Origin: Antedon mediterranea
Lineage: Eukaryota; Animalia; Echinodermata
Reading direction: 5' to 3'
DNA length: 64,000 nucleotides
Assembly: GCF_964355755.1 (NCBI RefSeq)
Contig: NC_092677.1
Span: forward strand, 26,523,175 to 26,587,174
The notes under the pieces are model-generated. The model had not been told where the DNA came from. It saw only the letters and a program-made list of their open reading frames with translations, and made no database searches. The stretch's first letter is position 1. Each line of letters opens with the position of its first letter. Position numbers and translations under genes: made by a program. Positions 42,800 to 57,700 of the stretch are shown piece after piece.

Positions 42800-45700
42800 A
42801 TGGATTCAAGAAGTGATTTAAGTTCATCGGCTGCGATGGCTGGAGGTCAAAGTGGTGGCAACCTTCAGAACGTCTTCAAAGACTTCCATTCTCTTTATGT
42901 GGAACGTCTGCAAAAATTAGATGATACTGGTGCTAGTAGAGATGACTCGCAAAAGGTATATTTACGCATTTCATACTACAACAATTATTCTTTACTACAT
43001 TACTACTGCGCAAATCTGTTTTTTTAAATCTATATACTGTAGGTACAATAAAGTATATTTTCACAATTTTACTTACTTTCATAATTTGTATATTGCCCAG
43101 GTTTTGTCCTCTGAAAAATTAATTGTTTTTGTCAAATACGCCATTTTAATGTCACATAATAGTTATTCACTTTGACCAAAAATTTTATTGAAAACAAATT
43201 ATTTACCTACTGAAAAAACTGTAATTTTTTTATGCAAAAAAATAGTCAAATTAGCTGCCAGCCAATGTGATTTTGGTTGAATTTAACGGTTTAGTTTGTC
43301 ATTTTTTAAGTGAAAACATAATTTTTTTCAGGTTTTTTTTTCTATGGAAGCGATTAACTTTATTAAAACTACAAAATGGCCATTTCAAAGTTTGATTTTA
43401 TTAATCTTAATTTTTCATGTTTTTGGGGGACAAACATCTTTAAATGTTAAACTATCCACATCCATATATTTGAGATTATGAAATTTTAGATTGTCAGAGT
43501 TAATCCAATAATATATTATTATTTTTATTTAGAAAAAAGTGCGTATTTTGCAATCTTATGTAAATGATTTGAGTGAACAAAATGAGATGTTGGTAAAAAC
43601 TGTTGAAGATCTGGAAAAAGAGGCTAATGATAGGGTTGCTCTGTTGGAGTCTAAGTTACATCGAACCTCAAGCACAGTAAAGGTTAGATATTCATTTTAC
43701 ATACAGTAACAATAGTTTATTATTATTATTAGTCTTTGTAAGTTAAATGGGAAAGTAAGGGTTTAAAATAGAATCCTGTAAACATGTCAAAACATTTAAG
43801 GCAGTTTACCTATTTATCAAATGCCTCACAATCATGATTTTAACTCAAAAGTTTGGTGGAATCATCCATGATTTATCTAGAATCCTGTACGATTTTAACC
43901 ATTAATTTTGACCAATAATTCATAATGAATACTGTACATCTACTGTACAGTAGTGAAAATATATAATTGACTGTTATAATAGTTACCTATAATATTTGTA
44001 TTTGCACACAGGAATACATAAGTCGTTCATCAGATCTTGAACAGGAAATGCGAAACCTGATTATACAAAAGGGAAACTTACAACGTGCATTAGAAGTAAG
44101 CTATTTCTATTGCCAACATACTTTTCAATCAATGTTTTAATGATTAATAGAATGACGCAAACAATTTTATCTTTGTTGTATTATTTTTATTTCTGATACA
44201 AAAATGAAAAATGAATTCTCATAGCAAAACATATAGATTGTCATATATATTTCATATCTAATAATAATAAAAAGAAATGATTTTTAATTTTATTTTTATT
44301 AAACTTTGTTTAATGGGCGTGACTCATAACAACCGAGACTGGCATGCATGATGCCCTCAACACAAAACGGTACAAACACGAAAAACATATCACATAATTT
44401 AGTACTGTACTGTACTTGTGCACCTCAGGGATGTCACCACGCTGGTGGCGCCGGATGGCCCGTCCAGCACTCAAAATTTCGACCACGATTTTACAGGCTG
44501 CCGACCACCACTATTATTTATTAATCATTACGATATTTATATTTAAGGCCTAACTGAAAGTCGTACTAAAACATTTGACATAGCATATCGTTAACAACAG
44601 ACAAGTTAGCCTCATAGATAAGCCTATTATTTAGCACTTAGCATTTTCCTTAATTTAATAAGGTTGCTTGAGTACAATTCAAGAATCTTAACTAAGTAGC
44701 TTCCAGTACTTTCATCTCTCATGCTATTATGTACTCATTATCATCAACGTTTTGATCATTTACTAATTGACCGTACTTTGTATCTACCAGGACCTTGAAC
44801 ATCGGTTTGAGCGTTTATCAGAAGAAGAAGAAAACTCACGATGCGAGAACAATGACCTCAATCATGACATTAACGTGATGCTCGGTATAATAGCAAACGC
44901 ACGCGCAACGAGTAGATGGGAGGTGAGCTTTTTGAATTTGTTTGATTCATTAGATATTGCGTAATAATATAATAATTAATATTTCATTCTTATATAGTGC
45001 ATATTATAAGGAAGCTCTCAATGTGCTGAACATTATTACCCCGGTTGTAATTTTTTGGATCAAACACGTAAGGAAACATACTCTCATAATATTAAATGCA
45101 GCTAGTAATCAGCGCAAATTGTGTCTTGATCTAATAACCAGTACCGATTTTATACACCTGGATGAAGAGAGGCAAATGTGTCTTGATCTAATAACCGGTA
45201 CCCATTTTATACACCTGGATGAAGAGAGGCAGCAAATGTGTCTCGCCTAAGAATACAAGAATGTGGCAAGAGTTGATCCGAACCACGATCTCACGATCAG
45301 AAATCCAACATCCAACGCACTACGCCACACACAGACAATATTATATTCCCTGTCTTCAAAATTTAATTTGAATTTTTAAATTTTAATTTATGAGTTCATG
45401 TTTTGAAAAATTCAGTCATTACATTAAAAGAGCAGGTGTGTTATACTTTTCTTGCATTAATGATACAGGCTTTAATATATGTATTCACTGACCTCAACAA
45501 TTCATAAATTGTTTTAAATGCGAATTACAATCAATTATTCTACACTGAATTTTATTTAAAGATGTATTGTCCTCCAAAAACATGAAAAATAAAGATTAAC
45601 AAAATCAGACTTTGAATAGGTTATTTTCTTTCGTAGAAAGAAAAACAATTTACAATTTTTGCTTTAATTAATTTTTAGATAAATACATTTTTTTATCCAG

Positions 45701-48700
45701 TTTTTGGTCAATGTCAATAACTATTATGTGACATTAAAATGGCATAATCAACAAAAAATTTGAAAAAAAAAATTTTTTTTGAGGGGGACAATATATCTTT
45801 GAGTTCTTTGAATAATTTAGTTAATCAAAAATGTTTTTTTTTTTAGATGGGTGGAGTGGATTTTAGGATTCTGACTCCTGAACAGGTAATTGGTCAACAG
45901 GGGTCAGATGTCCGTCAGTCAGATGATATATTGCAAGATCACATCACAGAGTTGAAAACACAACTGTCTCATCGTGATAAAATGATTGAAGAATTACAAG
46001 CAGAACTAAAAGAATCTCAAAATGAACAACGGTCATCAGCTACGGAAGTATGCTTTTTTCGATTTAGAATTATTTGGTTCCTCTAATTTTAAACTTCATT
46101 AACAATTAGTTTTTGTATAATTATTATCAATGTTAATATAATTATTATTATATTATATTTTAATCAATGTTGCCATTATTAAAGATGTATTGTCTCCCAA
46201 AAATATGAAAAGAACGATTAATTACATCAGACTTTGAATAGGATATTTTTTAGTTTTAATAAAGTTAATCACTTCCGTAAAAAAAAATTCACTTATAAAA
46301 GGACAAAATAAATGGTTAAATTCAACCAAAGTATCCCATTGGCTGGCAGCCAATTTGAATATTTTAAATTACTGTTTTTTTCAGGTAAATAATTTTTTTT
46401 TTCAATCCAATTTTTGGTCAAAGTGAATAACTTATTATGTGACATTAAAATGGTGCATTTAAAAAAAAAATATACGGGACAATACATCTTTAATAATCCA
46501 TTTATGTATGATTATTATCAATGTTAATATAATTATGATTCTTATCATTTTATTGAATGTTCCCATAATGTTGTTATTCACATTAATGTAATCAAAATGT
46601 TCTGATAGGTTTTGCAGAAAGACTTTGTTCTTGGATCAACTAAATCAACTCTTTCTACGATTCACGACCGTGAACAAGTACGTATGGTAGATGGGACGAG
46701 TAAAGACATTATCATTATGAAACTTAAAACAGAACTCATGAAAAGTGAGCAAGAGTTACGTGACTTCCAGTCTCAGGTAACTTTTCAATAATATCATCAA
46801 CCTAAAAAATATAATTTAATATCTATAATTATGATTTAAAATTATTTTTTCAGCATTGCAGCATATAATCTTATATACCATTATTCATGATTGTTTTAAT
46901 CAATTTTCATGTTTATATAACTATTATGTAACGTTAAAAATGATTTCAACAAAAAATAATAATTAATTTTTGAGGAATACAAAATATTTGTTTAGAATTT
47001 ATATAATAAGTGTTCATATCATAGAAAAAATAGGTTAATGGAAGTTTATCGTTAACGTCATTGTGCTATAAATAAATCAATATTAATGAAAGAGCTTAAT
47101 AAGAAGTAATAAATGAAAGTAATAATAAAAAATTCCACATTGTTGTTGTTAATGACTGCTATATATATATAACCTTTTATATACTGTAACCATGGTCCAT
47201 GATATAACTAACACAAAATAACCAGCTATAATGTCCATTCACACTATACATAAATGTTCATGCTATAATGTTCGTTCACACTATACATAAATGTTCATGC
47301 TATAATGTCCATTCATTTTGAAACTCAAGAAGGGTATGATTGTGGTAGAGTTTCTGGTTTTTAGGGATTTTTTTCATAGAGGTATTGGGCGATTTGACTG
47401 TAGTGCATTATGCAAGTTAAATATCTATTAACCCCCAAAGTACACAGACCATGGAGGTATACCTCCATGCACAGACTAAGACAAAAATTTGTTTCTAATT
47501 TTTTCTAACAATACATTTTATTAATCATTCCATTTTCATTTGTTTGGCTAATGCATTTGTAATTAAGTAAATGCTTTCAACTACTTAATCATAACTTGCA
47601 ATGCATCCATTTCACTCAGGTTTCAAACAGAGATAAAATAGTAGATAAATTGGAAGGACTTATTAATAGATTACAAGCTGAGATTGAGATCAAGAGCTCA
47701 GAGGTAAGAACAAAATAAATAGAACAGGATGATTATTAAAATAATGAAGTAGTAGATAGAATAGGAGTGAAATGAATAGTACTATATAGTTGTATACATT
47801 TGCATGTCCTAAACCTCTGTCTACACTATCAAACTTTATGTGACAACAAAATGTGATGTGCCCATATATGGACATGATGATCATTACCATATTTGAGCAT
47901 ATCGCTACCATATTTGAGCATATTACTACCATTGGGTAGATCACACTTTTTTTGTCAAACTAGTTTAATAGTATAGACAGAGCATAAACCCTGATTTTCT
48001 TGAATTTAAACACTGCTATTTACCATGCCATTTAAAACTGTGAATGATGTAGTTATGTAAGGTCCTAGTATCATGGAGGTATATACCTCCATGGTCCTAT
48101 CATAATTAGTGTATTTTATATTAATTTAATGTATTTTGTGACAATTTAGAGGGGCCCCAGTTAGAAAGAAGTATTATCACTCATCTGGGCTGCCATTAAC
48201 AGTCAATAAGTTGCTAATTAATTAATTATTTTCAAACCACTTAATTCTGTAATTGATGCTGAGTGGCCCCTCACATACACACTCTTGTAATCTTGTATTT
48301 TCTATTTAAATGTTATTTAATACTTTAAATGTAGTACGGTGATATGGAAACTCATTTACAATATCCAATGTCAGTCAATTACTTAAACTAACACATATTA
48401 ACATTACACCTAGTAACCAACTAGCTGAAGTAGGTTGTTAACCTTTAATTGTCATTATATAATGTTTTACTAACAAGAATTTAATTGGCTGCTGCTATAA
48501 GAGTGACTACTAATGTAATCACCTGATTGGCTTGTTTTAGTTTGTGAGTTGCTTATTTGGTACAAAGCTTTTGATTGGCTGCTTTTGTTACTATCTGTAA
48601 GTGGCTAATGATTGTGTAATTTAGATGATAGCTGATTGGCTAATGGCATTGTTCTATCTTGCAGTGTTGTAATCAACTTGAGACCATTCAGATATTGCAG

Positions 48701-51700
48701 GAGACACAACAGCAAGGTGCTGATAAGGTATGATTGAACAGTAGGCTATAGTATATGACTGATGATTTGACCATTAAATATGGACGAGTGACCACTCAAT
48801 AAGACTGAAAATGACCATGTGATATGACTGGATATGACCACTTAACTTATTAAGACTGACCACTCGGTATGACCACTTAATAGGACAGAATATGGCCATT
48901 CAATAGGACAATATGGCCACTTAATATGTAATGTAGTCATAGCCGAATGCATGTATTTTTCATAGCTAGTGAACTGTGATTATATTTAAATATGAAATTA
49001 GCAGGTTTAGGAAAAAATACTAACTAGGCCGATGCAATAAGGTTATTAATTATTCCATTACATAATAACTTTGAAACACACTTAAATTGCACTTGCTTGT
49101 CTTGTTGTAGATCTGCGCGTTGGAAGGTCAAGTAAGGGAATATAATTCTCAATTGGACATTTCAAGAAGTGCTGCCAACAGAAGCACATCTGATGTAAGT
49201 ACAATCTGCCTCCTATAAAGCTCTGTCTACACTATCAAATGTTATGTGATGTGCCCATATATGAACATGACGATATACTACCATATTTGAGCCTATAACT
49301 ACCATATTTGGTCACACCACACTTTTTTTTGTCACACTAGTTTGATAGTGTAGACAGAGCTTTATACTTCTGACTCGGGTTTAAGCCCATCGTGATGTTT
49401 GTGGGCTTATACACCCCTCTAGCAGATAAATCACTTTGTATAAACATTTTGTGGTAGTCTTGTGGCTAACATCATCATCTCAGCAGTATAAATGTGAACT
49501 ATCATTTCATTTTTATTGACATGATGATGTCATATCACTACCATATTTGGGTATACCACACCATTAACGTCATATTTACTCTTTAATAATGATAGCTGTT
49601 ATCGTTGCTGTATTCATATACATTAGCCTTAATAAGTCTTGGCCTAAGGGCATGTATGTCAGTTCATATCAGAGAGTTCATTACACTAATTGGTAGATGT
49701 TTCAAGGATATGTCTAGTTCAACTCCATTCAACAATTATCCACCTATCGCATTTAAAATGAAGGAATCTTAATTTAAGCTCTGTCTACACTATCAAACTA
49801 TTTTGACAAAAAAAAGTGTGATGTGCCCAAATATGATAGTGATATGACATCGTCATGTCCATATATGGGCACATCACATCTTTTGTCACATAATTTTTGA
49901 TAGTGTAATAGTACTGTAACTCAATATCATCACAAGATATAACACATCCACATTTGTCATCAGGTTTCTCATTTGGAACGAAGAAATCAGACATTAGAAA
50001 AAGAATTAAAACAATCTCAAGACCACAGACGGAAAGCTGTTGAAGAGGTGAGATTAAATTGTAATATAATATTAGTGAGGACACATGATTCTATTTAATA
50101 CTGACCTAGTATATAATGCCTATTAAAACTTAAGCTCTGTCTGCACTATCAAATGTTAAGTAACAAAAAATTTGATTTGCTCATAGATTGACATGATGAC
50201 GTCATATCACTACGATATTTGGACACATCACACTTTTTTTGTCAAATTTGTTTGATAGTGTAGACAGAGCTTGACTCTATTCGGCCAATTTCATTGGGCT
50301 AGTAATCTGCTACATATCCATGCTCTATTTGGCTGCTGTTAGGCTGGTCAAAATCTCCCCAGGTTAATTTGCATTAATATTTTATGACTTGCAGAGTATA
50401 AATGTTATTTTTATTCTAGATTGGACATTTACAAAGTAGGCTGACTGACTGTCAAATGTCTTCCCAAGATCATCATCAAATTCTTAAAATGGAGGTATGT
50501 CAAGAATTTGATTAATTAGAATTATTATAATAATATTTTTAATTCAATTTATAAATTTACAACAATTAAGAGGAGAGAATATGTATAAAAAAAATTGACT
50601 TGAACCAAGACACTCCTGTGCTTGATGTGCACTACCATTAGACCACAGGAACCTCCATGCTGCAGTATGTTAAAGCTCTGTCTACACTACCAAACTTTAT
50701 GTGACAAAAAATTGTGATGTACCAATATATGGACATGATGATGTTATATCACTACCGTATTTAAGTTATATAACAAGTTTGATAGTGTAGACAGAGCTTT
50801 AATCTGATTGGATAGAGTATAGAACTATTTCCTAATTATATATAAAACTGAAGAGGTTAAATATTTATTTTTTTACAGCTTATTAGACGCGATGAAACGA
50901 TTCAAAAGTTACGCAAAGAAGTCTTAAACCTTCAGCAACGTAACGACAATATGCAACACGAGGTGATTCATTTGTTAACTATTGTGAAAAACAACTTGTT
51001 GGTTCTAAACTTTAATAAATAATATTACTTCTTTCACTTAAGCTCTGTCTACACTATCAAACTTTATATGACAAAAAAATGTGATGTATCCATAATATGG
51101 ACATGATGATGTCATATCACTACTATATTTGTGCATATCACCATCAGATATGGGCATATCACACTTTTTTGACTTATAAAGTTTGATAGTGTAGACAGAG
51201 CTTTAGGCCAATCCCTATTTATAAGAATCTGTGTTGGGTCTCAAAGGTGTCCCTAATAGAGGCATTAACACTTGGTATAACTATTTTCAGATTGATAAAA
51301 CCGAAAGAAAAGCTACTCAGTTACAAGAATCACTTCAGGAATTGACATCAAAGGTAAGAAGAACTTGTCAGCAAAATGAAAGAAACCAGTTTGATTAGGC
51401 TCTTTCTACACTATTGAACTATTTTTAAAAACTGTATGTATCCAAATGTTGTAGTAATATACCCAAATATGGTAGTGATATGACATCATCATATCCATAT
51501 ATGGGCACATCACATTTTTTTTCAAACACTTCCATTTACATTTTTTTTTTATTCAGAACTCTGAAAAAGACATAAAATTAAGTCAACTAGAAAAAGACAT
51601 TCAAAATATGAAAGTGAAATATGAAACGTCGGTAAAAGAATTAAGTTCGAGTGAAAAAACTCTTCAGACGGTCCAATCTGAGATTTACGATCTGCGCCGC

Positions 51701-54700
51701 AAAGAACCTCAACTGTCGTCACACGTACTAGAACTGCAACGAGTGGTGGAGATGCTGCAGACAGAGAAGAAGGACGAAAGAATTGCATTGACTGCGGAGG
51801 TCAGTATTTTTTCTTTTCTCCAAAATTAAATGAAATTTTACTATATAAAGCTCTGTTTACACTATCAAACTTTATGTGACAAAAAAATGTATAGAGTATA
51901 TATATAGGTATGTCACTACCATATTTGGACACACCACACTTTTCTTTTAAAACTAGTTTAATGATGAAGACAGAGCTTTATATTATTGATACTTTTTTAT
52001 ATGATGGACTTACATAATTTAATTTTGTTTTACATTTGATCATAAATAAGTAAGCAATTATGTTATGTTTAAATACAGTATTAGTATGTTATATTAGTAA
52101 TACTTTTGTTATATGGTAGACCTATATAAAGTAAACAGTCGTGTAAAAATATTCTACTGCAGTAACTGTATTTTTTACTGCAGTAATGTGTGAAATGATT
52201 CTCTTCAATGTTTGTGAGGCAATAACTGCAATTTAGAAAAAAAAAATTGCTAAATAATTGCATACATTTTTAAAGAGTGCACATAAAAATTACATTTTTT
52301 TTTAAACCGTTGCATGTATATTTCATATTAGCAATTCAAAAATAAATCATAAATTCTATGAAATAAAAATATAATCCAAATGTGTTTATTTTAAATTTGC
52401 ATGGATATGTGTTTTGGTTGAACGTTGGAATTACTTATGGTAAGAAAATCAGTTAAGTTTTAAATACCTTCCCTGAAATGCTTATTTACTAATCTCTAGT
52501 TTTAAATGTAATACATTTACTAAAAATATTTTGTTTGATTCCTAAAGTTCTGTGTACACTATCAAACTTCATTAAAAAATGTGATGTGCCCATATATGGA
52601 CACGATGATGTCATACCACTACCATATTTAAGCATATCACAACCATATTTGGGCACGTCACACTTTTTTGTCAAACTAGTTTGATAGTGTAGACAGAGAT
52701 TTGAACATATTTGCTAATACTTTAATCAAATTAAAATGCTTTTTTGGCTTATCTATGACTTAACCATTGTTACACATGCTTGGTACACCAAATGCCTTAT
52801 ATTGGATTTTAGTTTACATTTTACTTGATTATAGCCAAGTGGAATTGTTTATTCAAACTAACCTAGTGAATGATGCTATAGCTAACTATATAATAACCAT
52901 TTTCTTGAATTAATCTTGTGTTTGCTAATAAATCTGCTTTTTTATGTAGTAATATTTAAAGTTGCTTCTAAAGCAAATAACAAAAAAAATGATCATAACT
53001 AACGATATAGTAACTAAACAAATATGTATTGTAATACAGCCGACTCTCTCAATCCGGAACTCTTTAAACAACCAGAAATACAAAAAGATTGATTAAAAAA
53101 AATCATATTGTATTAACAAAAAAATTGTCAGAAATTTTTATGAAATATAAAAAAAATCATTTGGAAAAAACATATTTTGTAAAAAATAGGAAATCATAAA
53201 AATGTTTTAAACATATATTGTCAGAAATAGCAAATATAAAAAACATCCTGATACTGTGTTATACATTAGATTATAAAGATATTAACAGAAATAGGAAACT
53301 AAAGTAGAACACATTTATTACCATAATTATGCTTTTATTGAAAAAACATAATACATGCCATAAAGTGTATTGTATGTTGAAATGAAAACATAATACATGC
53401 CATAATGTGTATTGTATGTTGAAATGAAAACATAATACATGCCATAATGTGTATTGTATGTTGAAATGAAAACATAATACATGCCATAATGTGTATTGTA
53501 TGTTGAAATGAAAACATAATACATGCCATAATGTGTATTGTATGTTGAAATGAAAACATAATACATGCCATAATGTGTATTGTATGTTGAAATGAAAACA
53601 TAATACATGCCATAAAGTGTATTGTATGTTGAAATGAAAACATAATACATGCCATAATGTGTATTGTATGTTGAAATGAAAACATAATACATGCCATAAT
53701 GTGTATTGTATGTTGAAATGAAAACATAATACATGCCATAATGTGTATTGTATGTTGAAATGAAAACATAATACATGCCATAAAGTGTATTGTATGTTGA
53801 AATGAAAACATAATACATGCCATAATGTGTATTGTATGTTGAAATGAAAACATAATACATGCCATAATGTGTATTGTATGTTGAAATGAAAACGTAATAA
53901 AATTTGTAATAAACAGGAAATGGAAATAGGTCATATTTAATGAAAATAGGTCATATTTAAAGAAAACTTGTTATAAATATATTCTAAGCTTTCAATTAAC
54001 AAAAATAAAAATGAGTCAATAACAATACTATAATAACACTATCAATCTAGTTTGCCAAAAAAGTGTGATGTGCCCAAATATGGTAGTGATGTGCACAAAT
54101 ATGGTAGTGATGTGCCCAAATATGGTAGTGATGTGCCCAAATATGGTAGTGATGTGCCCAAATATGGTAGTGATATGCCCAAATATGGTAGTGATATGAC
54201 ATCATCATGTCCATATATGGGCAAATCACATTTGTTTTTGTCACATAAAGTTTGATAGTGTAGGCAGAGCTTTATTTAATCATTTGTTTCCCAACCAACA
54301 ATGAATTAAAGGTTTAGAGGTTTAGTACAGACAAATCACACACATAAAAAAAACCTTGACAAATATATTACGTTTTGATATTATTGAAATAGACTTACAC
54401 ACACAAGCACAAAATCTATAAGATTAACACATAATATACTAATATATACAAACCTATATATATATATATAACAAATTCTCTTATATTATTTTATGTATGG
54501 AATTTTCATATTATTTTGCATGTGGCCATAAATCATCTAGCATTATATTTCTCATAAATTGAGGAATACAGACAAATCCATAGTTTCATAATATAACATT
54601 TTAACATTAAAATCAAAACAAAGAAACTAAATTTGTTTTGACAGATTTTTATTCTTGTCAAATCTCCTGATTATAATTTTAAAAAGAAATTGTTTTATTA

Positions 54701-57700
54701 AGGTTGCTCAGAGACACGATGAAGTGGTCAGATTAAAGTCAGACATCTTAATAATCGAGAAAAAGCTACGAGATAGTTACAGCCAGGTACAACACAGAGG
54801 AGAAGTAATACAACAACTCAGGACAGACATCAAGCAGAATGCTGAACAGGTAAAGGTCATTTGGAGGTCATAGTTTAAAGTTCATACTTTAAAGTTCAAA
54901 TGTCAATATATATTGATATACTAAATTTTTTTTATATTTAGATTTCAACAGCAAAACAGAAAGACGAAGTACATCAAACAATTGTAAAGTCTTATGAGGA
55001 AAAAGTAAATAATATTTGTTTTCCAATCTTATTGTTTTAATTTTTTAAACCTTTTGCTACAAAAACCAATGCTACATACATACTGTTTGTTATAAATCAT
55101 ACATATGTACTGTACATACATTATGGAGTTTATGCATTTATCAATTTTAATGTTGCCTCACCATTCTATTAAGCAAAAAAATACATCTGTAATTCCTATT
55201 CTTGAATATCAAGCATAAAGTTGCACCAAAAAGACAGATCTTTACCATGCTTTCAACCTCTGCATTTTATTCATTTTCATGTGCGTAAATCATCTCGCTT
55301 TGATAGGTACGTGACCTGAGTGATAAACTCGAAGCGATGCAACGTAGCAGTAGTCAAGGGTCAGCGCAATTGAAAGCTGATTTAACAGAGCGGGATGTGT
55401 TGGTTCAAAATCTTAAAAGAGATGCGATGTCATTGCAACAGAAACTGTCACATGTTCAAGCACAAGTATATCACCTTGTTCATTTTGTCATTTGTCATCA
55501 TACATTATTTTTGATGATTTATTCTTTATACTGGGTAACCTCTTCAGTAAAAAAACTGTTCTCCCAGAAGGCCCAGTAAATACATTGTTACAATTATAAA
55601 TAGATGATTCACCCGGTTAGATCAAGACACAACTTTGCGCTGATTACTAGCTGCATTTAATAGCAGTTATGTTTCCATACATGTTTGATTAAAAAAATGA
55701 CCGGGGTAATAATGTGAAGCTGCTTGGAAGAATTGTACAATAAACTCTATATAACAAATATTATTATTTATTATTATGTCTAGTTTTTTCTGATTTCCGA
55801 ATTCTGTTGATGTACTAATAAGTAAAAATATAAACAAACACATCAATTTTAAATGTTATGTTACCATAGATACAGAAACGCGATGAGATGATAGAGAAGC
55901 TGCAACAACTACAGCAAGAAAACCAAGGAGAGGTGAGTAGACGAGAGAAAGCCATTCAGAAATTGGAAGTTGATCTGATGGCAGCACAAGAGGAACACCG
56001 CAGGACAACAGAAGAGGTAAATTGAGTGTTCAGCTCTGTCTACACTATCAAACTTTATGTGATGTGCCCACATTTTTTTGTCACATATAATAATATAATA
56101 AATAATCCAATAACCAACATACACTTAAAAACAAATACATTTTTCTATTCAGGTCAACAGGTTGACAGCAAAATATTCCCGCTTAGAAAATGAATTGGAT
56201 AAATCGCATAAAAGTTACAAAGATGTTGTTGAAGAGAACGGACGTTTGTCAGCTCGCGTGCAGGCCATGCAGTTGACTGCTTCTAGCGAAACGGACATGT
56301 TGACATCAGAAGTGAGCAAGCGACAGGAGATGTTGGAAGGCGCTCGAGTGGAACAGGTTGCGCTACGAGACCAGCTTACTTTGACCGAAGATAAGCTTAC
56401 ACAAAGAGTAAGTTAAGTTACTTACACTTAAGTTAAGTCATGTAACTAAACTTAAGCTTTGTCTACACTAACCAAACTTGATGTGACAAAAAAATGTGAT
56501 GTGCCCATTTATAGACACGATGATGTTATATCACTACCATATTTTGGCACATCAAATTTTTTAAACTAATAATGTAGATAAAGCTTGTCTAGACTATCAA
56601 ACTAGATTGGCAGAAAAAGTGTGATATGCCCAAATATGGTAGTAATATAACATCATCATGTACCATAATATATGGGCACATCACACTTTTTTTGTCTAAT
56701 AATGTTTGATAGTGTAGACAGAGGTTTAGTTTTAGCACAATTGTAGGATTGCTTAATCTTTTGTTTATGGATCAAACTAATTGAATGATTATATTGTTTT
56801 TATTAATATTTTCTATTTAAGATAAGAGAGCTTGATCATGCTCAGCACCAAAACAGAGATCTAACAAAAGAGCTAGAACAGACGAAATCAAATTTGATAT
56901 CCAATCAAAGACAGCTGCAAGAGATTGATGACAAACACTTCAACATTAAAGAAGAGGTAGACTACACTTATTGTGCCCAAGTGTGAACACAGCATTATGT
57001 AACTAACAATAACATAAGTATGTATGTGTGAAAGGTAGCTTAATATGAATATGTTGTATCTTTAGGTTGCTAGACTGGAGGATACGTGTAATACAATGAA
57101 CAGAGAATTACAAGGCGCTCAAGCAAGGAATGATGAGTTACATCAAGAGGTAATTAATATCTTAGTGTCTATAACACTGCAGTTACTGCAGTAACTAGAT
57201 TTCTTAAATAACATATTGTTTTGTTTAATGAAAAGGTTTATGAGTCGGTCATTGCAATAAACATTGTATGATTAGCTAATTGCTTAACATTTGCATAAAC
57301 AGGTTAAAAGTAAACAAAATATAGTTACTGCAGTAACTCCAGTAATTGGAATGGTCCCATAATTATCTTGAGAAAGATCGTTTGACCAATGTGCTTTTAC
57401 AATAAGTTAAGCTCTGTCTACACTATCAAACACAAAAAAGTGTGATGTGCCTAAACAAATTTGTGATATAGTGTAAACAGAGCTTTACGCAATCTTTGTA
57501 GAGAATCTGGCTTTCTTTCAATTTCTGTAAATTTCACTTTTGATTCTGGTCACATTTAAAACATAAAGTAATGCTCATATATTTGTGTGTAGTTACAACT
57601 AAAAAGTGAAGCTTTGGAAGATTACAAGTTTGACATGTCCACACAGAAGCAAGAACTCAAAGAACTCCTTTCAAAGGTAACTTACATATTACAAATCAAC

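Noticed and set aside
53327-53934. 177-aa and 199-aa repetitive ORFs, and CRISPR-like regularity
   Set aside because: These are pure tandem 42-bp copies with no unique spacers, no cas genes and a eukaryotic intronic context. The ORFs arise because the unit length is a multiple of 3.
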